Shown: positions 20,126 through 28,837, counted from the first letter of the stretch. The stretch: 64,000 nucleotides of DNA from an uncultured Rhodospirillaceae bacterium (GCA_964404545.1 CAYOKN010000001.1:9669-73668), one strand, 5' to 3'. Numbers and translations: made by a program. Notes: generated by a model not told the origin, from the sequence alone.

Positions 20126-22608
20126 GCGTACTCCCCAGGAGCATCGGCAAATGTGACCGTCAGCCATGACGGCAGGGTAGGCAGCTGCCCCGACAGATCC
20201 AGGACCCATTGGCCGGGCCGGTCGCCGGGCTGGAAACCCGCCTCCGCATAAACGGCGCGCACCGGCGTATTCCGCTCGGTGTCCACGATCTCGCCCAGCA
20301 ACAGGGTGCAGCCCCGCCGCTTCGCCTCGCCCGCCAGCCAACGCGGCAGCATAGGCTCAAATCCGCGCCCCAGGACCCGGCAGGACAAGAGATAACTGTC
20401 GATCATGGCAACCCCGGGACGGGGCTCGTTCCATCGCACGATCAGAACACCGACTATTTCAGGGGCGCTGAAGCGGTCCTGCAGGCCAATGGTGAGGACG
20501 CTATGGCCCGCGGCCAGGAAAGACTGGAGATCCGCCTGCGCATGGCGCCGCGTGGTGGCGTTGAACTGATTGGTCTTGGACAGCAGCTGCACCGTCCGCA
20601 CCATGGTTCCGGCGGTAACGGGAGCAAGGGTCAAGCGGCTCTCCAGAGAAGCATAGAAGCTTTCCAGGTCGCCGGCGGCGCTGCGGGCGGCACGCACCCG
20701 CCCCTGCGCTTGATAAGCAGCGGTCCTTTTGCGGTCCTCGTCGGTGACCGACAGGAAGTCGAGCCAAAGGCAGTTCCGCAGGGCTTCGGCATAACCGGCC
20801 GGGTCCTGCGGCAGGTCCAGGATCTTCACCCCCGGCAGTTCCCGCGCCATCTTCGCCCGCTCCACGGGATTGTCGTCGATGAACAGGACATGGTCGACAC
20901 CCAGTTGTAGGTCTTGGCATATGGCCTTGAGATTTTCCGGCTTTTCCCGCCAATCGATGGCATGGGCGGCCAGATCGGCGCGGCGGAGAACCATGCCGGG
21001 ATGGCGATCTATCACGTCGAGAGCCTGCGCCTCGTCGTTCTTGCTCAGGACGGCCAGGGCCACGCCATGATCCGCCAGAACCTTGAGTTGGCGCTGGAAT
21101 TGGCCGAATGCATTGCCAGGGAAATCCCCCCCAAGCTGCAATCCGTCCATGCCGTCCTCGCCCAGCACACCGCCCCAGAGGGTGTTGTCCAAGTCGATAG
21201 CCAACAGCCGTACCGAACGGCCAAGAGCGGCAATGGAGAACCGGGCGATGCGATGCGCCACCTTGGCCGAGAAGGGATCGGAGTAGGGAAACCGCCCCAT
21301 CAGCCACAGACGGTCATCCGTCATTGCTGCCATGCTGTCCCCGCCCAGACCAGCCGGGTCGAACACGACAATCTGCGGCAGGGAACGGGTCAGGGATAGC
21401 AGGCGCCGGTTCATGGCTTCGAGCCGGTCCCGGACGCCCCCCTCGGCGCTCGTCCCCGCCGCCCCGGTCAGACCGGAACCGGAGAGCGGGAACAGGGAAA
21501 CCATCATCCATCCGCCCACCCGACCGCGATAGGCCGACAAGGCCTCCATATATTGCTCGAAGCGCGCTTCAGCCTGGGTCCAGTCAACCCCGTCCAGGTC
21601 CATGACGCCCAGCAGATCCTCGAGCCGGTCCAGGAACACGGCCATGTCCGGAGGCGCACGGTACAGGTCCGACCCGGCATCCAGCATCTGGCGGATCGCC
21701 TGCCCAAAGGCGGGCTGGAACAGTTCCAGCCGGCGATCTGGCAAAGCTTCGCCCAGGATCCTTCCGGTCTGGTCGGCCACCAATTGCAGATTGGCGCTGC
21801 CCATCAGCGCCAGGCGCACCGGGGCCTGCCCGGCGGCCATCTGCTTGCGCTCCAGCAGCCAGGCGGACCGGTGGCCCTGCTCGACCATGCCCCAGGGGTC
21901 CGCCAGCACTTGGCGACAGGCCGCGGCCACGGCGGAACAGGCGGCCGACTCCACCACGCCCCCCCACAAGGGGCGGCTTACAACGGCTCGGGCCTGATGC
22001 ATCAGTCGGATTACAGGCTCGAAATCATTGCGGCAGGGGACATCCAGAGTCCGGACCAGCATGGTGGCCTTGGCCTCGGCCATGCCCTCTCCAAAGTCGG
22101 CTTGTGCCCCGAAGGTCTTGAAATAGCGATAGGGAACCGCCGCCTCTTCCTCATAGCGGTGGAACTGGGTGCAATAGCTCCAGTCACAGCCCATCATGAG
22201 GATCCGGGCATCAAGGGCCTCGAACAGAGCCAATTGGGAGTCGGCGCCGAAGGTGGTGCTGTTGCGGCAGGCCAATACCTGATCCGCCAACGGGCCCGCG
22301 ACCGCATAGGAATAAATGGGATGGCGGGTACGCCGGAACTCAGGCAGATCCAGCGCCCAATCCCCAAGCAGCCCTGTTTCCGACGGGCTGGCCTTCAGGT
22401 CAAAGGGCTTGCCGCGACAGAAACTGAAGGTGAAGGCAGGAATGGCTATGCTGTGACCGCCAGCCAGAAGCTGGCGAAGCGCCCAAAGAAAATCCCACTT
22501 CCCCACCTGAGCCGGAGGCTTCAGATGGGGCAAGGAGGAATGGATGACAAGCAGCCGGTCGTCAGGATGAACACAGGCTTGCAGGCAGTCCAGGATCGCT
22601 TGTCGCAT
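20122..22608 (-). CDS. Tri-domain protein: AAC(3)/Antibiotic_NAT-like N-terminus + FkbH-type HAD-IIIC domain + GNAT-like C-terminus
   Basis: The N-terminus 'LLVIHSSLPHLKPP...IAIPAFTF' looks AAC(3)-like. The core 'LLAIDLDNTLWGGVLGEDG...VLSKNDE...VLFIDDNPVERA' carries the DxDxT HAD-IIIC/FkbH signature. I prefer the ATG at 22608; a GTG at 22632 is also possible. Confidence 0.8.
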   Translation of the reverse strand: MRQAILDCLQACVHPDDRLLVIHSSLPHLKPPAQVGKWDFLWALRQLLAGGHSIAIPAFTFSFCRGKPFDLKASPSETGLLGDWALDLPEFRRTRHPIYSYAVAGPLADQVLACRNSTTFGADSQLALFEALDARILMMGCDWSYCTQFHRYEEEAAVPYRYFKTFGAQADFGEGMAEAKATMLVRTLDVPCRNDFEPVIRLMHQARAVVSRPLWGGVVESAACSAVAAACRQVLADPWGMVEQGHRSAWLLERKQMAAGQAPVRLALMGSANLQLVADQTGRILGEALPDRRLELFQPAFGQAIRQMLDAGSDLYRAPPDMAVFLDRLEDLLGVMDLDGVDWTQAEARFEQYMEALSAYRGRVGGWMMVSLFPLSGSGLTGAAGTSAEGGVRDRLEAMNRRLLSLTRSLPQIVVFDPAGLGGDSMAAMTDDRLWLMGRFPYSDPFSAKVAHRIARFSIAALGRSVRLLAIDLDNTLWGGVLGEDGMDGLQLGGDFPGNAFGQFQRQLKVLADHGVALAVLSKNDEAQALDVIDRHPGMVLRRADLAAHAIDWREKPENLKAICQDLQLGVDHVLFIDDNPVERAKMARELPGVKILDLPQDPAGYAEALRNCLWLDFLSVTDEDRKRTAAYQAQGRVRAARSAAGDLESFYASLESRLTLAPVTAGTMVRTVQLLSKTNQFNATTRRHAQADLQSFLAAGHSVLTIGLQDRFSAPEIVGVLIVRWNEPRPGVAMIDSYLLSCRVLGRGFEPMLPRWLAGEAKRRGCTLLLGEIVDTERNTPVRAVYAEAGFQPGDRPGQWVLDLSGQLPTLPSWLTVTFADAPGEYA

Positions 22609-22632
22609 GAAATGGCCGTCCCTGGACCGCAC

Positions 22633-23706
22633 CTAGCTCATGGACGCCTTCACCCGGTTCCAGCGGTCGATATACCACTCGCAATATTTGCGATATCCGG
22701 TCTCAAGCGGCCACTGCGGTTCGAACCCCAGCACGTTGCGGGCCCGCTCCACCGAGAGAGTGCCGCGGACGGGCTTGTGTTCGGCCCGCGGACGGTCCTC
22801 GAGGATCGCGCTCGGCACCAGATCCTTCACGATGGCCGCCAATTCCGCAATGGTGCGGGCATTGCCGAAGGTCAGGTTGAAGGTGGTGGAGTCCGGCCGG
22901 CCCGCATGCACGGCCATGGCACGAACCATGCCGTCCACCAGATCGCCGATATAGGTGAAGTCCAACCGGCCATCGCCGCCGCCTTCCAGCAGCAGGGGCT
23001 TGCCCATCAGGGCGTTCTCGATGAACGCCTGGCTGACACGCCGGCTGACGCAGCGCTCGCCATAAAGGGCGCTGGGACGAATGATGGTGGTGCCCACATT
23101 GTACTGGTCCCGATAGGTGCGCATCAGGCGCTCGGCCATGTACTTGGTGTTGGCGTAAATGCCCTTGGGCTTCGGCCGGGTGAACTCGTCCACCACCGGC
23201 GTTTCGAAATCGCCATAGACCGTGGACGAGGACAGCAGCATCACCTGATTGATCTGCGACTGAGAATTGCGGGCCAGTTCGAGGATATGACGCAGCGGGA
23301 TCAGCTGCAGGTCGAACATCAGGGCCGGATTCTTGTTGGCGTCCACCGCGCTGGCGATGGCCGCCAGATGCACCACCTTGGTGGGCTGGAACTCGTCGAA
23401 CAGACGCATGAGGTCGCCGAGCTGGCGGGCGTCACCGTTGCGAAGATGCACGCCCGCTTCATTCATCAGCTGGAACCGCTCCAGCAGGAAGGCACGATTG
23501 AGCTGCAGCCGCACGGGATTGGGCTCGGTATAAAAGGCATTGTCCACCAGGCTGTTGACGCCCAGATTGTCCAACACCATCACCTCGGCGCCGACCGTGC
23601 GCAGTTCCAGAGCAAGATTATGGCCGATGAACCCCGCGCCACCCACCAGGATGATGCGCTGATCCTTCAGTTGCGCACGGATGGTCTCTTTACTCAAAAC
23701 AGCCAT
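22633..23706 (-). CDS. NAD-dependent sugar epimerase/dehydratase (extended SDR)
   Basis: 'RIILVGGAGFIGHNLALEL' and 'YANTKYMAERL' (YxxxK). Tandem ATGs lie at 23709 and 23706; GAGGA sits 5 nt before the second. Confidence 0.85.
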   Translation of the reverse strand: MAVLSKETIRAQLKDQRIILVGGAGFIGHNLALELRTVGAEVMVLDNLGVNSLVDNAFYTEPNPVRLQLNRAFLLERFQLMNEAGVHLRNGDARQLGDLMRLFDEFQPTKVVHLAAIASAVDANKNPALMFDLQLIPLRHILELARNSQSQINQVMLLSSSTVYGDFETPVVDEFTRPKPKGIYANTKYMAERLMRTYRDQYNVGTTIIRPSALYGERCVSRRVSQAFIENALMGKPLLLEGGGDGRLDFTYIGDLVDGMVRAMAVHAGRPDSTTFNLTFGNARTIAELAAIVKDLVPSAILEDRPRAEHKPVRGTLSVERARNVLGFEPQWPLETGYRKYCEWYIDRWNRVKASMS

Positions 23707-23805
23707 CATGATCCTCAAAACGGTAGAATTCTTGGCGGGCCCCGGGGCGACACCCACGATGATGACATACCACACGGCGGTACCATCTCAAATGGGTTAG
23801 TCCCG

Positions 23806-24684
23806 TCATGTTAAGTGAACGCCATGCGACAAACGGATGCCTGGATCCGAGGCGTAGTCCAAGATGCGAATGGCCCGGTCTGCACACACCACCAAGATCC
23901 CCTGCCCGCCAATATGGCACACTCGCCCCGGAACTCCTTTCAAATGGAATTCCGGAATACTGGTCGCAAACACACGAATTCGCTGTCCGTCCAGAAATGT
24001 AAAAGCACCAGGATAGGGCCGCGTCAGGCCGCGGACCAGATCATGAACCTGCCGGGCGGTCATACGGTGCCAGTCGATCCGGCCATCCGCATCGTTTCTC
24101 TGGTGCCAATAGACTGCGTCGTCGGGATTTTGCACCCTTTCCTGCAAGTTTCCCTGCGCCAGACGCGCCAACACGTCAAGGACGAGGTCGGGAAATACCT
24201 GGTTCGCCGCGTCATGCAAATCTGCGATTGTCATTTGGGCTGTAATCGGGATCAGGGCCTCAGCCAGAACATTTCCGGTGTCGATCCCGTCGTCGACCCG
24301 GATCACGCTGACTCCGGCCATCCGTTCGCCAGCAATGATTTGCCAGTTCAGGGGAGAACCACCCCGATATTGCGGCAGGCGACCGCCGTGCAGGTTGATT
24401 GTCCCGAACTTGGGCAAGTCAATCAGTGGACGGCGAAATATCTGCGAATAGCCGCCGATGATCGAAAGGCTATGCTCCCTTGCCTCGAAAGCTGCCAGAA
24501 AACTTGAAGCATTCACATCGGGCGCGGCGATCAGGGAGATTCCCAGCCGCTCGCCGACCGGGGCCAGTTGAGTCAGTGCGGTCGGGGGCGCATAGACCGC
24601 AGAGACCATGTGGCCGTGGTCAACAATGGCTTGCAGCACTGACAAGCCGCGCTGTCCATTCAAGAAGAAGGCGATGTCACGCAT
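23806..24684 (-). CDS. Sugar N-formyltransferase (Fmt/ArnA-N-like, N10-formyl-THF dependent)
   Basis: 'INLHGGRLPQYRGGSPLNWQIIAGE' carries the formyltransferase catalytic HxSLLPxxRG-type motif, and 'IRVDDGIDTGNVL' is present. ATG at 24684; the track start at 24696 is TTG. Confidence 0.85.
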   Translation of the reverse strand: MRDIAFFLNGQRGLSVLQAIVDHGHMVSAVYAPPTALTQLAPVGERLGISLIAAPDVNASSFLAAFEAREHSLSIIGGYSQIFRRPLIDLPKFGTINLHGGRLPQYRGGSPLNWQIIAGERMAGVSVIRVDDGIDTGNVLAEALIPITAQMTIADLHDAANQVFPDLVLDVLARLAQGNLQERVQNPDDAVYWHQRNDADGRIDWHRMTARQVHDLVRGLTRPYPGAFTFLDGQRIRVFATSIPEFHLKGVPGRVCHIGGQGILVVCADRAIRILDYASDPGIRLSHGVHLT

Positions 24685-25480
24685 CGGACCGATCAACCTT
24701 CCGTGCCAGCCCCCGCAGGGTCAGCTTGCCGGACGGTTCGACGACTCGCTCCAACGTCGCAAGGCGCAACCCCGCTTTGGCTACCAGAAGGCAAAAGGAT
24801 GCGGCGCTGAACGCGTGATAATGGTCCACATAGAACTCTTCACGGTCAGGGCCGATCCGGATCGCCTCCTCGCCATCTGGCAGTTCCACATAGATCGCCC
24901 CGTCGGGTGCAAGCAGGGCGGTTGCCTTGTCCAGGGGGGCGACAGGGTCCTCCAAATGCTCGAGCACCTTGTTGAAGGTAATCAGATCAAACGAACCGCC
25001 AATGTCCATGGTCCGGAAATCGCCGACCAGCGCCGAGACTCCGGCCGCCTCAATGGCGTGCTGAACATTCTGGGGGTCAGGATCAATCGCGGTGACAGAC
25101 CAGCCGTTTTCCTGCATGCATGCGCCAAACACCGCCGTCCCGGAACCCACATCGAGAACCTTCCGCCCCGACCCGGTCGCGGAAATCCGGTCGGCCAACC
25201 ACTTGACCCGCTGACGGTTGTCGGACTGATCCTTTGGCAGGGCCATGATCCTATCGAACCGCTCTCGCAGCACGCCATAGGAGGTCGCGCGGTAGTCGGC
25301 TGCATACAGCGTCGAAAGATCCATCCGATGGCGGTTGCTCAGATGCCCACACCCCCGACACCGCACTACCGTGCGCGAATACCCCGCCAACCTGAAATCG
25401 GGTTCCCCTGCCGGCGGAGCATCGAACCGACCAACGTTGTCCTCATCGGCACTGCCGCAAAAGAGGCAGACGCTCACCAT
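24677..25480 (-). CDS. Class I SAM-dependent methyltransferase with N-terminal Cys4 zinc-ribbon
   Basis: 'CLFCGS...CRGCGH' forms two CxxC pairs. SAM motif 'VLDVGSGTAVFG' is present. Confidence 0.8.
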   Translation of the reverse strand: MVSVCLFCGSADEDNVGRFDAPPAGEPDFRLAGYSRTVVRCRGCGHLSNRHRMDLSTLYAADYRATSYGVLRERFDRIMALPKDQSDNRQRVKWLADRISATGSGRKVLDVGSGTAVFGACMQENGWSVTAIDPDPQNVQHAIEAAGVSALVGDFRTMDIGGSFDLITFNKVLEHLEDPVAPLDKATALLAPDGAIYVELPDGEEAIRIGPDREEFYVDHYHAFSAASFCLLVAKAGLRLATLERVVEPSGKLTLRGLARKVDRSDA

Positions 25481-26592
25481 TGCCAGTCCTCAACCAAGAA
25501 ATCCTTGATCGTCCAAACGTCACCCGCCTTGGACCAAACCGATTCATTACGGAAGCTTTCCGCCACCTCCCAGAACCAGGACACCGGCTCGCCAACAAAT
25601 CGGCAAAAAGCCTCGATGTCCGCATCCGGAGCCTGAAGTTTTCCTCCGCGCATCTGATCGATTGCTTCCTCGCGGCTAATCATGCCATAGCGGACCTGGA
25701 CGGACAGATTATCGAAGTCTCGAGTGATGCCGAACTTGTACCACTTCAACAAGTGGTGGAGCGAAATGAACTCGCAATCGATGTCCGCGAAAGTCCACCG
25801 TCCCGTCCGGGGCTGCTCGGCCTGGTTAAAGCCGTACTTTGCCGCAATCGCGGCATTCTCGAACGAGTTCCATTTGAAATAGGACCCAAGGAAGATCGAG
25901 CGTGTCTTCTTGGTAAACCTATCTTCGGAGGGCAACCGATAGGCCACCAGGTCTTCAGACGTGAGACCTTCCTTGCCAACCCAATCATCGATTGCCGTGT
26001 TGTTCGAAACGCCGTAGCGACGAATCCAGTCAAGGTTCAAATCCGTCGCCAATCGGTCGGCCTCCGGGCCGCCGAATTCCAATTGCGGATTTTCACCCCA
26101 GACCACCAGCGGAATTCCAAAATCGACGGCCAGACGCGTGGAAATGGCGAACATCGCCATATGCATCGGAATCGCCGTTGCCCCCTTATGAACAAAGGCG
26201 GCCTTTGTGAATTTCCGCTCGACTTCAGGGCTGATGCTGTAATCGATATGGTCAATTCCCAACTGCTTGACCATGTTGTCAAGATTTCGCTGACCGATGG
26301 CGGTCCGCGCTGGTGTGCGCCAGGTCACACCCAACACCTTCAAACCATACTCCTGACAGCGGATCACTTGATACCAGCTGTCCTTTCCACCGCTCACCGG
26401 GACAATGCAGTCATAACCACCGGACAAAGCCTTGGCCTCGTCGACCACTGCTTGAAAGGCTTTCGCCCGATCGGCCCAATCGATTTTCGTTTCTTTGTCG
26501 TCGTGTCCGCGGCACGCGGAGCAGACGCCCTCCTCGTCCAGGACGATTCCAGGCCGAGAATCCGGGAGAATACATCTGGTGCAATAGCGCAT
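25474..26592 (-). CDS. N-acetyl sugar amidotransferase (PP-loop ATP-pyrophosphatase; WbpG/PseA/WbuX-type)
   Basis: 'MRYCTRCILPDSRPGIVLDEEGVCSACRGH' is a zinc-ribbon N-terminus, followed by the PP-loop 'VPVSGGKDSWYQV'. Confidence 0.85.
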   Translation of the reverse strand: MRYCTRCILPDSRPGIVLDEEGVCSACRGHDDKETKIDWADRAKAFQAVVDEAKALSGGYDCIVPVSGGKDSWYQVIRCQEYGLKVLGVTWRTPARTAIGQRNLDNMVKQLGIDHIDYSISPEVERKFTKAAFVHKGATAIPMHMAMFAISTRLAVDFGIPLVVWGENPQLEFGGPEADRLATDLNLDWIRRYGVSNNTAIDDWVGKEGLTSEDLVAYRLPSEDRFTKKTRSIFLGSYFKWNSFENAAIAAKYGFNQAEQPRTGRWTFADIDCEFISLHHLLKWYKFGITRDFDNLSVQVRYGMISREEAIDQMRGGKLQAPDADIEAFCRFVGEPVSWFWEVAESFRNESVWSKAGDVWTIKDFLVEDWQW

Positions 26593-26595
26593 TTG

Positions 26596-26985
26596 TTACC
26601 CCGCATCCTTATTCTGAATCAACCTGACCAAGGACTGAACGGCATGATCGCTGTCTAGCCAATGAAGCACAGCCAAGTTCTCATCCCGCAGGTAAGCCTC
26701 GAACTCCAGCTCGCGCCCCGCTTCGACCAGCATAACGAAGACTCGCCCGACATCGTTGATTACCAGAACGCCCCGCAGTGAAAATTGGCTCAGGCGGCCG
26801 TTCAACGAAGGCGTCGCATAGAAACCCCAGGACTTCCGAGCCACATCATACTCGGCCCCCGCAGGCGTGATGAAAGTGATCTGCTCATCAGGCTCCAATT
26901 CGAGACGCCCGCAGTCGCTGATCGTAATCGGTGAATGCCGACCCGCCTGGTACTGGCGGGGTGGGTTCTTTTGACTAAATTTCAT
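26596..26985 (-). CDS. Hypothetical protein (129 aa), no family recognised
   Basis: Trimmed to the ATG at 26985 (MKFSQKNPPRQYQ...). It is packed tightly between AsnB-3 and the amidotransferase, overlapping by 11 nt upstream and leaving a 3-nt gap downstream. Composition looks protein-like. Confidence 0.5.
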   Translation of the reverse strand: MKFSQKNPPRQYQAGRHSPITISDCGRLELEPDEQITFITPAGAEYDVARKSWGFYATPSLNGRLSQFSLRGVLVINDVGRVFVMLVEAGRELEFEAYLRDENLAVLHWLDSDHAVQSLVRLIQNKDAG

Positions 26986-28828
26986 TAAACGATTCCAAAT
27001 TACTTGGACTGTCAAACAAATCGACAAAGATCTTGCTCGACACAAACGAGAACAAGAATTTGTTGAAGCTGTTCCGGTCGTCACGGAAAGATAGAAAATT
27101 CTTCACCGCATCGCGGCGGACTATATCGAAGATCGGACTGTCCGCCATCAAGAAATCCTGGACTGCCGGGTCGCTTGTATCGAGCAAGGAATCGATCGAA
27201 GCATTAAAACCCCGCTTCCTTTTGTCCAAGCGGACCTCGTCAACAAGCAGGCCGTTGGCAGCTTCCCGAAGAAGGTATTTGGGAAAGCCATTGGAGACCA
27301 GATTCTCACTGGGGACCGAAAAGGCATATTCGGCCAAGGCGCGATCCAGAAACGGGGCCCTGTTCTCAACAGAGAAGGTCATGGCATTGTAATCGTCCTC
27401 TCGCAATAGGATCGGGACGGTTTCATGCCAGATTTCATTTAGCATCCTGTTTCTTAATGTCTCGCCACAGTAATCTTCTTCAGCGAAATCTTCAGACAAC
27501 GGATTTACTAAAAAACTATCAAACTCTTTATTGTTCAGGTAGATATGCCGCCTATCTTTTGGATCCCGAGCAAAAGCAATCGGGTCCTGCAGAAACGGAT
27601 TTCTCACAAAACTCCCATAGCTTTCCGACCAATCAGAAAGCAATTTTTTGAAGTCTGCAGACCCATATCGCCCAGCAAGCCAAAATCCATAATGATCATA
27701 GTAGCCGGTGAACAGCTCGTCTGCCGCGACTCCAGTCAAGGCAACCTTGAATCCTTGACATGATATTTCTTCCATCAGGAACGACTGAATGTAAGAACTG
27801 ATTGTAACAACAGGAGCCGCCCTGCTTGCGACTAGCTTCGCCAGACGGGGAAGAAAATTTTCTGTCGTAGTGGGAATAACGTGATGCGGGCAGCCAATAT
27901 CATTAACCACGGCGCGGATATTATCTATCTCGTTATAGCGCGGGTCAGTATCAACGATAGAGAAGCAATGAAGATCGGCCCCTAAGGACTTGACTGCGAG
28001 AGATGCCAAGGCGCCCGAATCGATTCCGCCACTCAGACAAAGAGCCACCGGCACATCGGCGCGCAATCGCAGGGAAACCGCAACTTCAAGGCGTTCCCGC
28101 ACACCGGCCACGGCCTCTTCGAGAGACATGGGCTGCGGCGCATGGTGCAGCATCCAATAGGACTCGGCCACAGGTTTGCCCGGCTCGGCCAAGATGGCGG
28201 AACAGGCCGGCGGCAACATTCGGACATCCTTGAACCAGGTCAGGTCCGACTTGTGCAGCGACTTGTAGCCATTCACCAGGAAGCGGCGGATCTGCAAATG
28301 ATCCACACTCGGGCGGCGACCGATCAAGGCGATAAGGGCCGATACCTCGGACGCAAAAAACAGCGCGCCATCCTGAAAACACCAGAACAACGGCTTCTCA
28401 CCAAACCGATCACGAGACAGCCAGAGAGTGCCCCGGCCCTCGTCCGCCAAGGCCAAGGCCCACATGCCCTCCATCCGCTCGGTACAGGCTGGCCCCCAGC
28501 GTCGATAGGCCTCGATGACCACCTCAGTATCAGAGTGGGTCTCGAACTGATGGCCTAGCTCCTCCAATTCCCGGCGCAACTCGATGAAGTTATAGATCTC
28601 TCCGTTGAAGACCAGGACCATCCCATCCTTTTGGAATGGTTGGTTCGATCGCGGGTCGAGATCGATAATGCTTAACCGGGTATGCAGCAAAGTGGCCTTA
28701 AAAGGCCCAATACTGGCCTCAGCTACGCCCGAGGCATCGGGGCCACGATGCCTCAGAGCCTCAAAGGTAGCCGCAATGCGGTCCTGCGAAAGGGGTAACC
28801 GCGCGAAGAAACCGGCAATGCCACACAT
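26975..28828 (-). CDS. Asparagine-synthetase-family amidotransferase (AsnB paralogue 3)
   Basis: 'MCGIAGFFARLP' (Cys2) and PP-loop 'LSGGIDSGALA'. The 3' two-thirds is markedly AT-richer than the rest of the window. Confidence 0.9.
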   Translation of the reverse strand: MCGIAGFFARLPLSQDRIAATFEALRHRGPDASGVAEASIGPFKATLLHTRLSIIDLDPRSNQPFQKDGMVLVFNGEIYNFIELRRELEELGHQFETHSDTEVVIEAYRRWGPACTERMEGMWALALADEGRGTLWLSRDRFGEKPLFWCFQDGALFFASEVSALIALIGRRPSVDHLQIRRFLVNGYKSLHKSDLTWFKDVRMLPPACSAILAEPGKPVAESYWMLHHAPQPMSLEEAVAGVRERLEVAVSLRLRADVPVALCLSGGIDSGALASLAVKSLGADLHCFSIVDTDPRYNEIDNIRAVVNDIGCPHHVIPTTTENFLPRLAKLVASRAAPVVTISSYIQSFLMEEISCQGFKVALTGVAADELFTGYYDHYGFWLAGRYGSADFKKLLSDWSESYGSFVRNPFLQDPIAFARDPKDRRHIYLNNKEFDSFLVNPLSEDFAEEDYCGETLRNRMLNEIWHETVPILLREDDYNAMTFSVENRAPFLDRALAEYAFSVPSENLVSNGFPKYLLREAANGLLVDEVRLDKRKRGFNASIDSLLDTSDPAVQDFLMADSPIFDIVRRDAVKNFLSFRDDRNSFNKFLFSFVSSKIFVDLFDSPSNLESFNEI

Positions 28829-28837
28829 GGCCCGAAT

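Noticed and set aside
20122-22608. AAC(3)-like domain as an aminoglycoside-resistance gene
   Set aside because: The domain is the N-terminus of an 828-aa FkbH fusion inside a sugar-biosynthesis operon. There is no mobile-element context. It is more plausibly an amino-sugar N-acyltransferase than a resistance determinant.
23710-23805. Palindrome GCCCCGGGGC and possible terminator or promoter in the 96-bp gap between the epimerase and formyltransferase genes
   Set aside because: The palindrome has no loop or U-tract, so it does not form a terminator-like hairpin. The gap contains a good RBS (GAGGA) for the downstream gene and is probably just an intercistronic spacer.
23806-24684. Methionyl-tRNA formyltransferase (fmt)
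   Set aside because: The protein is fmt-like in fold but sits among sugar-modifying genes and lacks the usual def-fmt context. It is interpreted as a sugar N-formyltransferase.
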